Source of the DNA: Minisyncoccota bacterium
Lineage (GTDB): Bacteria; Patescibacteriota; Minisyncoccia; JAHISW01; Tagabacteraceae
Reading direction: 5' to 3'
Assembly (NCBI GenBank): GCA_028711505.1
Contig: JAQTSC010000001.1
Location: 168,604-232,603 of the forward strand
DNA length: 64,000 bases
In this document: in pieces, positions 49,433 to 59,685 of the stretch
How the letters are laid out: each line of letters opens with the position of its first letter
Numbering within the stretch: position 1 is the first letter of the stretch
Program-made: the position numbers and the translations under genes
Notes under the pieces: generated by a model
Database searches by the model: none
The model's input: only the letters and a program-made list of their open reading frames with translations
Told to the model about the DNA's origin: nothing

Positions 49433-49603
49433 ATGGAAGAAGAGCTTTATATCAATGTTCCTCGCCCGTTGCTACAAGACGCAGCCAAAGAAGACTTCGG
49501 GAGATTATTAACCGATGATGAACTCGTGGAGGTAGGAAGTCTGGTCGTAGAAGCGGCTATGGCAGCAATCCAAGAGAGTATTAAACAGGTTGTTGAAAAA
49601 TAA
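49433..49603 (+). CDS. Small acidic hypothetical protein (56 aa)
   Basis: Clean ATG..TAA ORF. Confidence 0.3.
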   Translation: MEEELYINVPRPLLQDAAKEDFGRLLTDDELVEVGSLVVEAAMAAIQESIKQVVEK

Positions 49604-49649
49604 CATCTTGCCAATTCTTGCCACTATGATATACTAACTATGACGCCTA

Positions 49650-49825
49650 CATTTCATAATAGCCATTTTGCTACGTTGTAGCTTTTAGTTCCCAGAAAGG
49701 GGTTCATCCTCTTACTGCCACTAAAAGCTACGCAAGTGGTTTGAAATGTGGGCGTCCAGTAAGATGTGGTGAGCCCCTTTTTGGGTATTTGGGGACACCG
49801 CACAGGTGCCCTTTTTTCTTTTTCC
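49650..49825 (+). ncRNA. Candidate structured small RNA (promoter-to-terminator unit)
   Basis: TTGCCA-N16-TATACT promoter-like sequence at 49617-49644. Long stem GTAGCTTTTAGT...ACTAAAAGCTAC. Ends with a GGGACACC-gcaca-GGTGCCC hairpin plus TTTTTTCTTTTT terminator. Confidence 0.3.
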
Positions 49826-49895
49826 CATTGAGTGCTTCGAGCACTAACGAGCGCCAAGAGTGTCTGGGAGAAAGAAAAAAGGACGCCTTAATAAA

Positions 49896-50126
49896 ATGAA
49901 TATGAACTACCAAAAACAATTAAGTGTTAGCGAACTAATAATGTGGTCGATTTACTTTTTGTTTTTCTTTTCCATTTTTACCGCAATCAGTACTGGAATA
50001 ATGCAATGGCTTTTCGAGATAAAAACATTATCTTTAATAGTCGGAATAACTTGTGGAATCGTGGGCTGCTATTTGGTAAGAAACTTACCGCACAAAATGA
50101 AAGTAAATGACCGCGGCGGATTATAA
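49896..50126 (+). CDS. Small 2-TM membrane protein
   Basis: MNMNYQ start. Two hydrophobic helices. Confidence 0.35.
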   Translation: MNMNYQKQLSVSELIMWSIYFLFFFSIFTAISTGIMQWLFEIKTLSLIVGITCGIVGCYLVRNLPHKMKVNDRGGL

Positions 50127-50147
50127 ACTAACTTCACTTACAAAAAT

Positions 50148-51725
50148 ATGACCAATAACATTTCATCAAAAATAAAAGCAATGGTTTTCTGCCGCGTCTC
50201 TTCCAAAGAACAAGAAGACACGGGCTACTCGTTGGACTCGCAAGAAAAACTTTTGACCGAGTATGCGAAAAAATACGATTACAAAATTGTAAAAGTCTAC
50301 CGCATATCTGAATCAGCCAGCGGCAAACAGGTGCGCAAAACTTTTATTGAGGCTTTGCAATTTGCCACAAAAAATAAAATAGAAATTATTTTGTGTGAAA
50401 AAATTGACCGCCTTACTCGCAACTTAAAAGATGCCGCCACAATAGATGACTGGGTAAAGGAAGACACGGCGCGCGCAGTTCATTTCGTCAAAGAAAACTT
50501 TATCTTGAACCAACAGACGAAGGCTCACGATAATTTTATTTGGGATATGAAAGTTGCTGTTGCCAGATTTTATACCAACAATCTTTCCGAAGAAGTTAAG
50601 AAAGGACAAATAGAAAAAATAGCCCAAGGTTGGCTACCAACAAAACCGCCGCTCGGATATAAAACTATCGGCGACAAAGGACACAAGACGCACGTCATTG
50701 ATGAAGAAGTGGCGCCTTTTATGCGCAAGATGTTTGAATGGTACGCTACGGGCAATTATTCAGTTGCGCGCGTGGAAAAGGAATTGTTTGAGGCTGGGCT
50801 GCGCACACGTTCGGGTAAAAAGCTGGGAATGAGTCGAATCCATATGATGCTACAAGACCCGTTCTATTACGGCAAGATGCGCTGGATGGGAAAAGTATTT
50901 GCTGGTATGCACAAGCCGCTTATAGAAAAAGATGTGTTTGATAAAGTACAAGGATTACTGCGCCGAAAAACAAACTCACCTCATCTTCGAAAACACAACC
51001 CACTTTTTAAGAGCAAAATCTTCTGCGAAAATTGCGGCGGGATGATGACTTGGTATGAGAAGAAAGGACACTGGTATGGGCACTGTAACAACCACGGAGA
51101 GTACGCCAGGTGCACTAAAAAGACCTGTATGAGGCAGGAAGCCATAGAAGAACAGATAACCACCGTCTTTGACGTCATAGCCCCTCAAAATGAGGAGGTG
51201 CTTGCAGCGATAGTTCAAATCCTTAAAGACAAACACAAGGATATGACCGCCAACCGCGAGAATGATATTAAAAGGTATAATTCGCTCCTGGCTAATGTCC
51301 AGACACAGAAAGACAGACTCTACGAAGCCAAGCTAAATAAGGAGGTGCCAGTTGAGTACGTAGAGCGCAAGCTGGCTGAATTAACCACCGAAGCAGAGAC
51401 TTTGGAAAATACCCTGGTTTCTGTGAGAGACAAGAGCGATGAGCACCAAGCGGCAGGCATTGCCGTACACGAGCTGGCGTTTCGTTCAAAGGAGATTTAC
51501 GAGGTAGCTGATGACGTTGATATGAAGAGATTGCTTTTGTCTCAATTATTTACGAACTTGCTACAAAATGGGCTTGAAATAAAGAAAGAATACACATCCG
51601 CCGCTAAATTATTGATAGAATGGGTGCCAAAGCTAAACAAGGATTACGAACTGCAAAAAAGTGAGCAGATAAAAGGAAAAGACGTCGTTTTGTCGACGTC
51701 TTCTCCTGTCTGGCTCCGGTGGTAG
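50148..51725 (+). CDS. Large serine recombinase (resolvase catalytic domain + recombinase domain + Zn ribbon + coiled-coil)
   Basis: Catalytic AMVFCRVSSKEQ (Ser nucleophile), IDRLTRN, Cys cluster CENCGG...CNNHGEYARCTKKTC. The last 5 codons overlap the tRNA-Asn 3' end. Confidence 0.85.
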   Translation: MTNNISSKIKAMVFCRVSSKEQEDTGYSLDSQEKLLTEYAKKYDYKIVKVYRISESASGKQVRKTFIEALQFATKNKIEIILCEKIDRLTRNLKDAATIDDWVKEDTARAVHFVKENFILNQQTKAHDNFIWDMKVAVARFYTNNLSEEVKKGQIEKIAQGWLPTKPPLGYKTIGDKGHKTHVIDEEVAPFMRKMFEWYATGNYSVARVEKELFEAGLRTRSGKKLGMSRIHMMLQDPFYYGKMRWMGKVFAGMHKPLIEKDVFDKVQGLLRRKTNSPHLRKHNPLFKSKIFCENCGGMMTWYEKKGHWYGHCNNHGEYARCTKKTCMRQEAIEEQITTVFDVIAPQNEEVLAAIVQILKDKHKDMTANRENDIKRYNSLLANVQTQKDRLYEAKLNKEVPVEYVERKLAELTTEAETLENTLVSVRDKSDEHQAAGIAVHELAFRSKEIYEVADDVDMKRLLLSQLFTNLLQNGLEIKKEYTSAAKLLIEWVPKLNKDYELQKSEQIKGKDVVLSTSSPVWLRW

Positions 51726-51785
51726 GATTCGAACCTACAACCAACTCCTTAACAGGGAGCTGCGCTACCGTTGCGCTACACCGGA
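51711..51785 (-). tRNA. tRNA-Asn (anticodon GTT)
   Basis: 75 nt cloverleaf. Acceptor TCCGGTG/CACCGGA, D-arm GCGC-AACGGTA-GCGC, anticodon loop CTGTTAA, T-arm GTAGG-TTCGAAT-CCTAC, discriminator G, encoded CCA. Confidence 0.85.
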
Positions 51786-51818
51786 ATAAAAACTTATTTC
51801 CCTATTCTATATTCTGTT

Positions 51819-53057
51819 CTAATACCCTTCAAGCCTCCGCAATTTATCGTGTTGGCGGATTTTTTCAATCGCTTTGGCTTCAATCTGACGTATTCGCTCG
51901 CGGGTAACCCCAAATTCTTTTCCCACTTCTTCAAGCGTGTGAGTGATGCCGTCGGCAAGTCCGAAACGCATCTCCAAAATTTTCTGTTCTCTCGGCGCCA
52001 AATCAATCAAAATTTCTTTAAGCTGGTCTTTAAGCAATCTGCGCGCCGCCTGTTGGTCTGGCGACAGAATTTTTTCATCTTCAATAAATTCACCGAGCGT
52101 TGAATCGTCTTCGTCGTCTCCGACCGGCGCTTCAAGTGAAATCGTTTCCTGGGAAATCTTCTGCATGTGGCGAATTTTTTCCACCTCAACTCCCATCTCC
52201 GCCGCTATTTCTTCGGCGAGGGGATCTCTTCCCAGATCCTGAGTAAGCCGGCGGAAAACTTGCTGATATTTTGAAATCGTTTCAACCATATGAACGGGAA
52301 TGCGAATCGTTCTCGCCTGATCCGCCAAGGCGCGCGTTATCGCCTGTCTCACCCACCAAGTAGCGTATGTGGAAAATTTAAAACCTTTTCTCCAGTCAAA
52401 TTTTTCAACGGCGCGGAAAAGTCCGAGGTTTCCTTCCTGTATCAAATCCAAAATAGTAAGGTTCGGAGTGCGATTTATGTATTTTTTGGCGATGGAAACA
52501 ACCAAACGCAAATTAGCCTGCGCTAATTTCTTTTTCGCTTCGTCATCTCCCTGCTCAATGAGCTTTGCCAATTCTTTTTCTTCCTGCGCGGTGATAAGCG
52601 GAATTTTTCCTATCTCTTTCAGATACATCTGGACAGAGTCCGACAACCCGCCGCCTTCTTCAAGAAGTCTGGCTTTCCCTTTTTTGCGAGGAACGGCGTC
52701 GGTTTCCAAAAGATCGCTTCCTTCCAATACATCTATTCCCTGCTCTTCGCATTTAACGTAAAGATGGTCAAGAAAAACAATGTCGTTTTCTATATCAGGG
52801 AAAGCTTTAAGTATCTCGTTATGAGTTATGAACCCCCGTGTTTTGCCTTTCGCTAAAAGAATCTCTATTTTTTGTTCGTTTGTTATTTTCCCTTTCTTCT
52901 GCAAGGGTTCTTTAACAATTACCGCTTTCTCCGGCTTTATGCCGGCTTTTTTAGAAATTTTTTCCGATTTCTTGACTAAAGATTTTCCCTGAGATTTTCC
53001 GGAAGATTTAGGTGAAAGATGTTTTTGAGATTTGGCTTTTGCGAGTTTTTTGGGCAT
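51819..53057 (-). CDS. rpoD: RNA polymerase sigma-70 factor
   Basis: Regions 1.2-4. [23 protein letters not shown], and the region 4.2 HTH ([20 protein letters not shown]). Confidence 0.9.
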   Translation of the reverse strand: MPKKLAKAKSQKHLSPKSSGKSQGKSLVKKSEKISKKAGIKPEKAVIVKEPLQKKGKITNEQKIEILLAKGKTRGFITHNEILKAFPDIENDIVFLDHLYVKCEEQGIDVLEGSDLLETDAVPRKKGKARLLEEGGGLSDSVQMYLKEIGKIPLITAQEEKELAKLIEQGDDEAKKKLAQANLRLVVSIAKKYINRTPNLTILDLIQEGNLGLFRAVEKFDWRKGFKFSTYATWWVRQAITRALADQARTIRIPVHMVETISKYQQVFRRLTQDLGRDPLAEEIAAEMGVEVEKIRHMQKISQETISLEAPVGDDEDDSTLGEFIEDEKILSPDQQAARRLLKDQLKEILIDLAPREQKILEMRFGLADGITHTLEEVGKEFGVTRERIRQIEAKAIEKIRQHDKLRRLEGY

Positions 53058-53144
53058 TGAGAATAAATATAATACATCTTGCGTTTAAAAACAAGAATCC
53101 CGCCCCGTCTTTACACCGGAGCGGGATTCTTTAAAATCCAAAAT

Positions 53145-55820
53145 CTACGCCGAACACAATCCCCAACCGCAAACCGGACAAGAAGCACAGCCTTCCTTAA
53201 AAGAAAGTTCCACTTTGCAATTAGGACAATGTGTTATTTTGCCGTTCCCATTTCCATTGCCATTTCCGTTTCCGTTTAAATCTCCGTTCAAAATACTTGA
53301 AGACGAAGAATCCAAATACACGGCCATTCCTTCTGCTTTTTCATCTTTCATGCTTTGAAGGTTTGAACGCGGACTTTCGCTCCCCTTGCTACCCTTGGTC
53401 ATCCTGCTCTTTTTTGTGTCGGCCACCGCCGTTAAAACCTGATCTTTAATTGATTCATCGCGAAACACGGTTACATCTTTACAGCCGAGTTCGTAAGCAA
53501 GAATATAAGCTTTTTTCATATCTTCCACCGTCGCGGTCTTGGGGAAATTAATTGTTTTTGAAATTGAAGAATCAATCCATTTCTGGAAAACAGAAAGTGC
53601 CCTAACGTGCTCTTCCGGCTTTATGTCATGGCTTACCACAAAAAGTTTTTTAAGTCTCGGAGGAATATAATTTATGCCTTGAACAGATCCGTGATTATCA
53701 ACAACGTCATTTAAAAGGTCTTCATCAAAAAGCCCTTCCCTTAGCATTACTTTTTCAAAAACCGGGTCAATATAATAGAAAGAACCGACAGCGACGCTTT
53801 TCTGATACACAAGCGAATAAACAGGCTCTATGCCGGACGAACACCCGGCTATCATTGAAGTGGAACCCGTGGGAGCCACAACGGTTGTAAAGCTGTTTCT
53901 TACGCCATAGCGCTTTATATCGGCGGCAATTTTTTTCCAGTCAAAATTCCAGGATTTTTTGTCGTAAAATCCGGAAAAAGGCAACTTCCCTTCCGCGTAA
54001 AAACTCTTCTTAAAAAGAGGGAAAGGTCCCCGTCTTTTAGATATTTCTATTGATTCAAGTTTTGAATGATAGTTTATGAACTCTGTGACTTTTTCCATCA
54101 TTTCGTGCCCTTTCTGAGAATCGTATGGCAATTCAAGCTCAAAAAGAAAATCTCCAAGCCCCATAATTCCAAGCCCCGCCTTTCTCGTCTTTAAAGACAT
54201 TTCTTCGATGTCTTTAAGCGGAAATTTGTTCATGTCTATTATATTATCCAAAAACTTAAGGCCAACGCGCGCCGCTCTGGCAATGCCGTCCCAATCAACG
54301 GTTTTTTTATCGTGAGAATTTTCTTTTATGAAAGACCACAAATTTATGGCGCCGAGATTGCAGGACTCGTTCGGATAAAGCAAAAGTTCGCCGCAAGGAT
54401 TAGTCGTAACTATCGGCCCGAGCGCTTTTAGCATCGGGTTGTGTTCATTTATGCGGTCAAAATAAATCACTCCCGGCTCTCCCGACTCCCACGCCTGATA
54501 CGCGATTTTTTCAAGAAAAATTTTGGGAGAGATATACCCCATTACCACTTTTGTTCTCGGATTCAATAAAGGATAAGGCTTGTCTTTTTTGTAATAGTCC
54601 CAAAAATCTCCCATCACTAAAACCGAAATGTTGAAATTCTTCAAAAATTTGTTGCCTGTTTTTGAAGTAATGAATTTTTCTATGTCAGGGTGATTGCTAT
54701 TCATTATGCCCATGTTCGCTCCGCGCCGTATTCCACCCTGCTTCACCACTTCGGTCATGGTGTCAAAAAGTCTCATAAAACTCAAAGGGCCGGAAGAAGT
54801 TCCTCCTGTCGTTTTTATGAAATCGCCTTCGGGCCTTAATTTTGAAAAATTATAGCCAAGGCCGCCGCCGGATTTAAAAATAATAGAAGCCCTTTTTAAG
54901 GTTTCCATTATTGAATCAATGGAGTCATCTATATCCAAAGCGAAACAAGCCGAGCCCATGCCAAGATAACTTCCGAAATTCGCGATAGCCGGAGTGTTTG
55001 GCATAAATTTTCTGCTCACCATCAACTCTTTCACTTCGTCCATTTCTTTCTGGTACTCTTTAAACTTGTTCTGCTTCAGCATGGAAACAAGATTTTCCCA
55101 GCTTGTTTTCATTCTGCCTTCTTTTTCAAAACGCTTAAAAAGCCGGTAAAGACCTTTTACGTGAAAACGGTTGAGAGAATAATCTCCAAGTTTTAAAGTT
55201 CCTTCCAAGGCAATCGCTTTCTCGTTTGGAAGTTCCCTTTCTTCTTCGGTGAGTTCGTGAAGCGCTTCAAGAAAATCTTTTTTCGGCTTGCCGCTGACTT
55301 TTTTATCGTGCATTACGCTGGCAAGAGTGGCATGTAAGGCAACGCGCTCAAAAAGCTGTTTTGGAGACTCTATAACCCTGCCGTTGTCGTCTTTTCTCAA
55401 ATAGCGGCTTTTTAAAACCCTTAGAGCATTCGGGTCAAAACGCTTATCAACTTCATCTATCTCCTGTTTATCCAAAATATCCTGCTTTTCCCTCCTTATT
55501 TCGCCTCTTTTTTGCCGGTAAAGTATGTATGATTTCGCCACTTTGGCATGGCCTTTATCAACCAAAGACTCTTCTACAAGGTCCTGTATTTCTTCTATGG
55601 AGGGAACGGCTTTTGACACCGCTTTTTTGTATTTTTTTTCCAGTTTTTGAAGTACGGCAACCATCACTTCCTCGGCAAGCGGGTAATCTGGCTTGGCGCT
55701 TGCCTGAAACGCTTTAAAAACAGCCTGCGTGATGCGGCCTGCGTCAAAATCAACGATCCTTCCGTCCCTCTTTTTTATTTTTTTGGGGGCTGGCAATGGA
55801 GAATTTTTTTTCGGTTGCAT
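53145..55820 (-). CDS. nrdJ: Adenosylcobalamin-dependent (class II) ribonucleotide reductase with ATP-cone and C-terminal Zn ribbon
   Basis: ATP-cone VDFDAGRITQAV, NPCGE active-site loop, C-terminal CPNCK...CASCPVCG. Contains a (GN)n repeat. Confidence 0.85.
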   Translation of the reverse strand: MQPKKNSPLPAPKKIKKRDGRIVDFDAGRITQAVFKAFQASAKPDYPLAEEVMVAVLQKLEKKYKKAVSKAVPSIEEIQDLVEESLVDKGHAKVAKSYILYRQKRGEIRREKQDILDKQEIDEVDKRFDPNALRVLKSRYLRKDDNGRVIESPKQLFERVALHATLASVMHDKKVSGKPKKDFLEALHELTEEERELPNEKAIALEGTLKLGDYSLNRFHVKGLYRLFKRFEKEGRMKTSWENLVSMLKQNKFKEYQKEMDEVKELMVSRKFMPNTPAIANFGSYLGMGSACFALDIDDSIDSIMETLKRASIIFKSGGGLGYNFSKLRPEGDFIKTTGGTSSGPLSFMRLFDTMTEVVKQGGIRRGANMGIMNSNHPDIEKFITSKTGNKFLKNFNISVLVMGDFWDYYKKDKPYPLLNPRTKVVMGYISPKIFLEKIAYQAWESGEPGVIYFDRINEHNPMLKALGPIVTTNPCGELLLYPNESCNLGAINLWSFIKENSHDKKTVDWDGIARAARVGLKFLDNIIDMNKFPLKDIEEMSLKTRKAGLGIMGLGDFLFELELPYDSQKGHEMMEKVTEFINYHSKLESIEISKRRGPFPLFKKSFYAEGKLPFSGFYDKKSWNFDWKKIAADIKRYGVRNSFTTVVAPTGSTSMIAGCSSGIEPVYSLVYQKSVAVGSFYYIDPVFEKVMLREGLFDEDLLNDVVDNHGSVQGINYIPPRLKKLFVVSHDIKPEEHVRALSVFQKWIDSSISKTINFPKTATVEDMKKAYILAYELGCKDVTVFRDESIKDQVLTAVADTKKSRMTKGSKGSESPRSNLQSMKDEKAEGMAVYLDSSSSSILNGDLNGNGNGNGNGNGKITHCPNCKVELSFKEGCASCPVCGWGLCSA

Positions 55821-55940
55821 GATTTTCGCGATTAACTTTCTTCTTGCTGTCTATATCTTACCAAAAACCGGCAACAAAAAACTTGTGGATAAACATGCGG
55901 AATTTTTTTCAAAAGTTCGTCAAATTCACTTCGCAAAAAA

Positions 55941-55969
55941 ACGAAAAAATAAAAGCCCCCGCAGGGGGC
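55941..55969 (-). terminator. Rho-independent terminator
   Basis: GCCCCCTGCGGGGGC followed on the minus strand by TTTTATTTTTT. Confidence 0.5.
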
Positions 55970-55994
55970 GAAAAAATTAAAATCAAAAAATCGC

Positions 55995-56032
55995 GAAAAA
56001 TAAAAAATCCGCCAGACCTTCGAGCCTGGCGG
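55995..56032 (-). terminator. Rho-independent terminator (tandem with the previous one)
   Basis: CCGCCAG-gctcgaaggt-CTGGCGG followed on the minus strand by TTTTTTATTTTT. Confidence 0.5.
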
Positions 56033-56061
56033 AAATGAAAAATCTGTTGCTTGGCAAATCA

Positions 56062-56433
56062 TCAAATAACGGCATTGCAGATTTTAAAACTCCCATCAGT
56101 CGCAATTCTCGGCCCAAAAGACATACAAACACCCTTGAACCAGGTAAAAATCCCGAGACCCCAAACCGCCTGCGCCACAAAAAGGCCCCACGGCTCTATG
56201 GCAAACCAACATGCCCCGTAAAGAAAAAACCCCAGGAAGACAAAAATGGACGCTTCCCATCGGCAGAATGAGACTGCAGTGAAAACTAACACAGAAAAAA
56301 TAGTGATGACCGGAGAAGTATCCCTAAGAAGACTAAGGAAGAAAAGCCCAAAAAGTCCACAACCCATCGCGGCCATCAAAAAAAAGAAAACACTAAACGC
56401 CTGATTAACCCCCCTGTAAAAGGATTTTTTCAT
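56062..56433 (-). CDS. Membrane hypothetical protein
   Basis: 123 aa with 3-4 TM helices. Confidence 0.45.
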   Translation of the reverse strand: MKKSFYRGVNQAFSVFFFLMAAMGCGLFGLFFLSLLRDTSPVITIFSVLVFTAVSFCRWEASIFVFLGFFLYGACWFAIEPWGLFVAQAVWGLGIFTWFKGVCMSFGPRIATDGSFKICNAVI

Positions 56434-56553
56434 AGAAACACCCCCCTTTTTTTATTCTTTTTTTATTGCCAAAAAAATGATTTCAAATCTAATGTATATT
56501 ATACACCAAAAATTAACCTATTGTCAATAACAATAAACTTATGCAAAAACCCC

Positions 56554-57504
56554 CTACGGCTGCAAAATATCCTCTGTTCGGCCGTTTACCGACATAATCA
56601 CACTATTTACCGTTGAAAACTGCTTTAAAGTCTCGGTTATTTGAGCCCTTATGGCAGAAACTCGGCAGGAACCGCCCACCGCCCGCTCCATTTCCCCGTC
56701 AAAATCCACTCTGGCAACTCCATTTTCTATAGTTAAACTGTTGATTTTAACGCCCGGGTTTATGGAAGTGGCAAAACCGCATTTTTTCTCAACACTGGCA
56801 GGACCTTTTAAAAGTTCTTCAAGCGCCACGCGCGCCACGGCCTGTGTTTTTGCGACTTTTCTTTCCACGGGGAAAACTTTATTGCAGGAAGCCTCCGGAT
56901 CCAAAATGGAATTATTAAAATATGCTCTTATTGTTATTGTTTCGGTTTCTGAAAAATTTACCGGAATTCTGACCTCCGCCGAATTCTCCGGAAGTCCGGA
57001 CGGATTATCTTTTTCCAAAACCAAAAAACCGGTTTTCGCCCCTTTTGCGTCAAAACTGATTTCAGTTTCAAATGGCACAAAATTTTCCGTCATCCAATCC
57101 CCGCCAGCTTGCGCCGGAACAGCCGCTAAAACTTCTTCTTTTTCATTTAAAATTTTTACAGGAAACGACGCTTCAAAATACCAAGAACCCCTTGCTTCTC
57201 CTTTTACAATAAGCGGACTTGAAATCGTATCCCCGGATTTCGGAGACACAAGCCGCACACTGTCGTTTAAAGCGACTCCGTTATTATTATCTTGAAAATT
57301 ATTTCCGCACGGCTCCGCGGGTTTTTCCGCGTACGGACTGCCATGTTTTACCCACTCCCCTTTTTCTTTATCGCAAATCCACGTATCTTCGTCTCCGCCG
57401 ATTAAAAAACGCAAAGTTAAAACCAGCGCCGCAATCGCCAAAACGATAAAAATAACAGTTAATATTTTATTCGCCATATTGTTTTTATCAAAAACAACAA
57501 ACAA
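56554..57504 (-). CDS. Secreted GerMN/Gmad2-like domain protein
   Basis: N-terminal TM followed by a C-terminal GerMN-like region (VNSVIMSVNG). Confidence 0.45.
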   Translation of the reverse strand: MFVVFDKNNMANKILTVIFIVLAIAALVLTLRFLIGGDEDTWICDKEKGEWVKHGSPYAEKPAEPCGNNFQDNNNGVALNDSVRLVSPKSGDTISSPLIVKGEARGSWYFEASFPVKILNEKEEVLAAVPAQAGGDWMTENFVPFETEISFDAKGAKTGFLVLEKDNPSGLPENSAEVRIPVNFSETETITIRAYFNNSILDPEASCNKVFPVERKVAKTQAVARVALEELLKGPASVEKKCGFATSINPGVKINSLTIENGVARVDFDGEMERAVGGSCRVSAIRAQITETLKQFSTVNSVIMSVNGRTEDILQP

Positions 57505-57663
57505 AGAAGACGGAAGACAAAACGAATTTGGCGGATTGTGCAGCCCGAGCGGGCATGGATTTTTTCTGAAAGAAAAATGAGCGAGGGCGGAGCCCTTTTG
57601 ATCACCGCGCAGGAGCGATCGAAAAAAGCCAGATCGTTTTATCTTCCGCCTAAAACGAATTTT

Positions 57664-58131
57664 CTATTGCTTTTCTATACCCAAAAGTTCCACTTCAAAA
57701 ATAAGAGTAGAGTTCGGCGGTATTGAACCGATGGCGCGCGAACCATAGCCAAGCTCAGCAGGAATAATGAGTTTTCTTTTTTCTCCGATTTTCATTCCCA
57801 AAACTCCCTGGTCCCAACCTTTTATCACATACCCCGATCCAAGCGGAAATGAAAACGGCTGTCCCCTGTCTATACTGGAATCAAACTTTGTTCCGTTTTC
57901 CAAAACGCCGACATAGTGCACGGAAACTGTATCGCCGTTTTTCGCTTCCGCGCCAGTTCCCTCTTTTAAAATTTCAATCTTTAATTCTCCTGCTTGATTT
58001 TCCATATTTTGATTTTGCGCCGGATCCAACGTTTGCTCTTCCGACTCATTATTAATTTTTGAATAATCGTAAATAAAATACGAAACCAACGCGACCGTTA
58101 AAATAACAATGACTAAAACGATTTTATTCAT
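57664..58131 (-). CDS. FKBP-type peptidyl-prolyl cis-trans isomerase
   Basis: [16 protein letters not shown]...[26 protein letters not shown]. Confidence 0.85.
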   Translation of the reverse strand: MNKIVLVIVILTVALVSYFIYDYSKINNESEEQTLDPAQNQNMENQAGELKIEILKEGTGAEAKNGDTVSVHYVGVLENGTKFDSSIDRGQPFSFPLGSGYVIKGWDQGVLGMKIGEKRKLIIPAELGYGSRAIGSIPPNSTLIFEVELLGIEKQ

Positions 58132-58132
58132 A

Positions 58133-58861
58133 TTATTTCAGGCCAAAAGAAGTTTTAACGGTAACCATTATTTCTTTTTCAATACTGGAAGTGTCATAAG
58201 TGCCGTAATCGGACACATCAACGGAATTAAGCGGCAAAACCTGCACTACACCGCTTGAAGCGGACCTTATGCTACCCGTTTTTTTGCCGGCACTTTCCGC
58301 GATTTTGTCCGCCCTGTCTTTGGCATCTTTTACCGCGTCAGAAAGCAAAGAAACCCTGGTTTCCGGAAGTTTGGAATAGTAATATTCAAGTGACTGCACC
58401 GAGGCTATCGCGCCCTTGACTGCCAATTCGGGTATGGCTTTTGAAAGATTAGTGATTTTTGAGACATCGGCTGATTGAATAATCGCGGTTTGCCGAAGTT
58501 CATATTCATTTTCCCCTCCTTGTTTGTTGCTCCAGAATTGATTCATGGAAACAGGGCTAATGGTTGTTTCTGTGGCGGAAATTCCCTTTTGGGCCAAGAG
58601 CTCATTTAAAAAGCCGAGGTCGCGGGAGACTTGAGAATTGCCGTACGCAAGCTGGCTCACGGGAACAACGCGCGACAAAACTATTGTCAATTTTGCCTGA
58701 TCCGAAGTCACCGCTTTTTTGGCGGAACCCGTAACAGTCAAAACGTCTCTGCTGGTCGCGTACTGCGCGTAATAATAAAATCCGCCGAAGATTGAAAAGC
58801 TGATTATTAAGGAAATGCCCAAAATGACGGCGAAAGGTATTTTTGAATTTGTCGGAGGCAT
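58133..58861 (-). CDS. SIMPL (DUF541)-like periplasmic protein
   Basis: N-terminal TM. Architecture similar to 15948..16733. Confidence 0.5.
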   Translation of the reverse strand: MPPTNSKIPFAVILGISLIISFSIFGGFYYYAQYATSRDVLTVTGSAKKAVTSDQAKLTIVLSRVVPVSQLAYGNSQVSRDLGFLNELLAQKGISATETTISPVSMNQFWSNKQGGENEYELRQTAIIQSADVSKITNLSKAIPELAVKGAIASVQSLEYYYSKLPETRVSLLSDAVKDAKDRADKIAESAGKKTGSIRSASSGVVQVLPLNSVDVSDYGTYDTSSIEKEIMVTVKTSFGLK

Positions 58862-58968
58862 AATATTTAAAATTTAAGGTTAATTATAGTTTTATTATAC
58901 AATGAACTAAAAAATCTTAAAATTGACGGTGGCGGTGTTTGGAAGTTTAAGTAAAAAACATGGAACCG

Positions 58969-59415
58969 TCACTTCTCAAGCGTTTTCCTTAATTCGCTTA
59001 TAACTGCTTTTTCCCAATACTTCATCGAATACCAACGGATAAGTGGCGTTGCGGCTACGCGTAGCCATGCCTTATGAATTGAAACGCGATAAGTGTAATC
59101 GATTAAGGTTCCTTCGGGGGATTTGGAAAATAGCATCTCTTCATGCCCGGAAGTTCCGAATTTAGAGCTTTCATTATCCGAAATGAACCCCTTCCCAGGG
59201 AGAATCTGAGTTTTCATTTTTACCGGAAATTTTTTGCCGAACGAACTGGCAATTGCATCCATTTCTACATAATTTCCCTCCCGTTTCTTCACTCGTATTG
59301 ATTCGGCAACCCTTGGAAAATAATCGGGGAATTTCTCGAAGTCTGTCATCATACTGAAAACATCTTCAACAGGTGCTTTAATAATCCACTGACCATGAAG
59401 CGTAATTTCTTTCAT
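58969..59415 (-). CDS. SRPBCC (polyketide cyclase/dehydrase-like) family protein
   Basis: Start trimmed to MKEITLHGQWIIKAPVEDVFSMMTDFEKFPDYFP. Confidence 0.5.
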   Translation of the reverse strand: MKEITLHGQWIIKAPVEDVFSMMTDFEKFPDYFPRVAESIRVKKREGNYVEMDAIASSFGKKFPVKMKTQILPGKGFISDNESSKFGTSGHEEMLFSKSPEGTLIDYTYRVSIHKAWLRVAATPLIRWYSMKYWEKAVISELRKTLEK

Positions 59416-59685
59416 CTGGGTAATTTTTCCATGACTTCTTTCAATTTCGCTGAATGTAAAACTTGGCGGAGAGGGCGAGAAGATAGATTCGGTCAGACAT
59501 TTTTTATCCGCCGTAGGCGGTGACCAAGCTCTCTCCACAAAACGGTGTACTCGGGTTAAGTACCCGTGACTTCAATGTTTATAAGGGTATTTTAGCACGA
59601 TTTTAGGCCTCGCTTCAAGGCATGTGGGTCGGGGTCTGGCTTTTTAAAAATGCGACAAATGCGACAGTACTTAAGCATTTTTGCT

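Larger units (their letters stand above)
37847..51725. mobile_element. Integrative element inserted at tRNA-Asn. Cargo: type I RM + PrrC/RloC-like operon, Prim-Pol/helicase, Xis-like HTH, large serine recombinase
   Basis: The recombinase 3' end overlaps the tRNA 3' end. It carries replication, excision and integration genes, and its codon usage is A/T-biased relative to flanking housekeeping genes. Left boundary is approximate. Confidence 0.6.

Noticed and set aside
55729-56180. Several 60-85-aa ORFs on both strands between nrdJ and the membrane protein gene
   Set aside because: The region is occupied by two tandem rho-independent terminators and the A-rich nrdJ upstream region. The ORFs are Lys-rich low-complexity.
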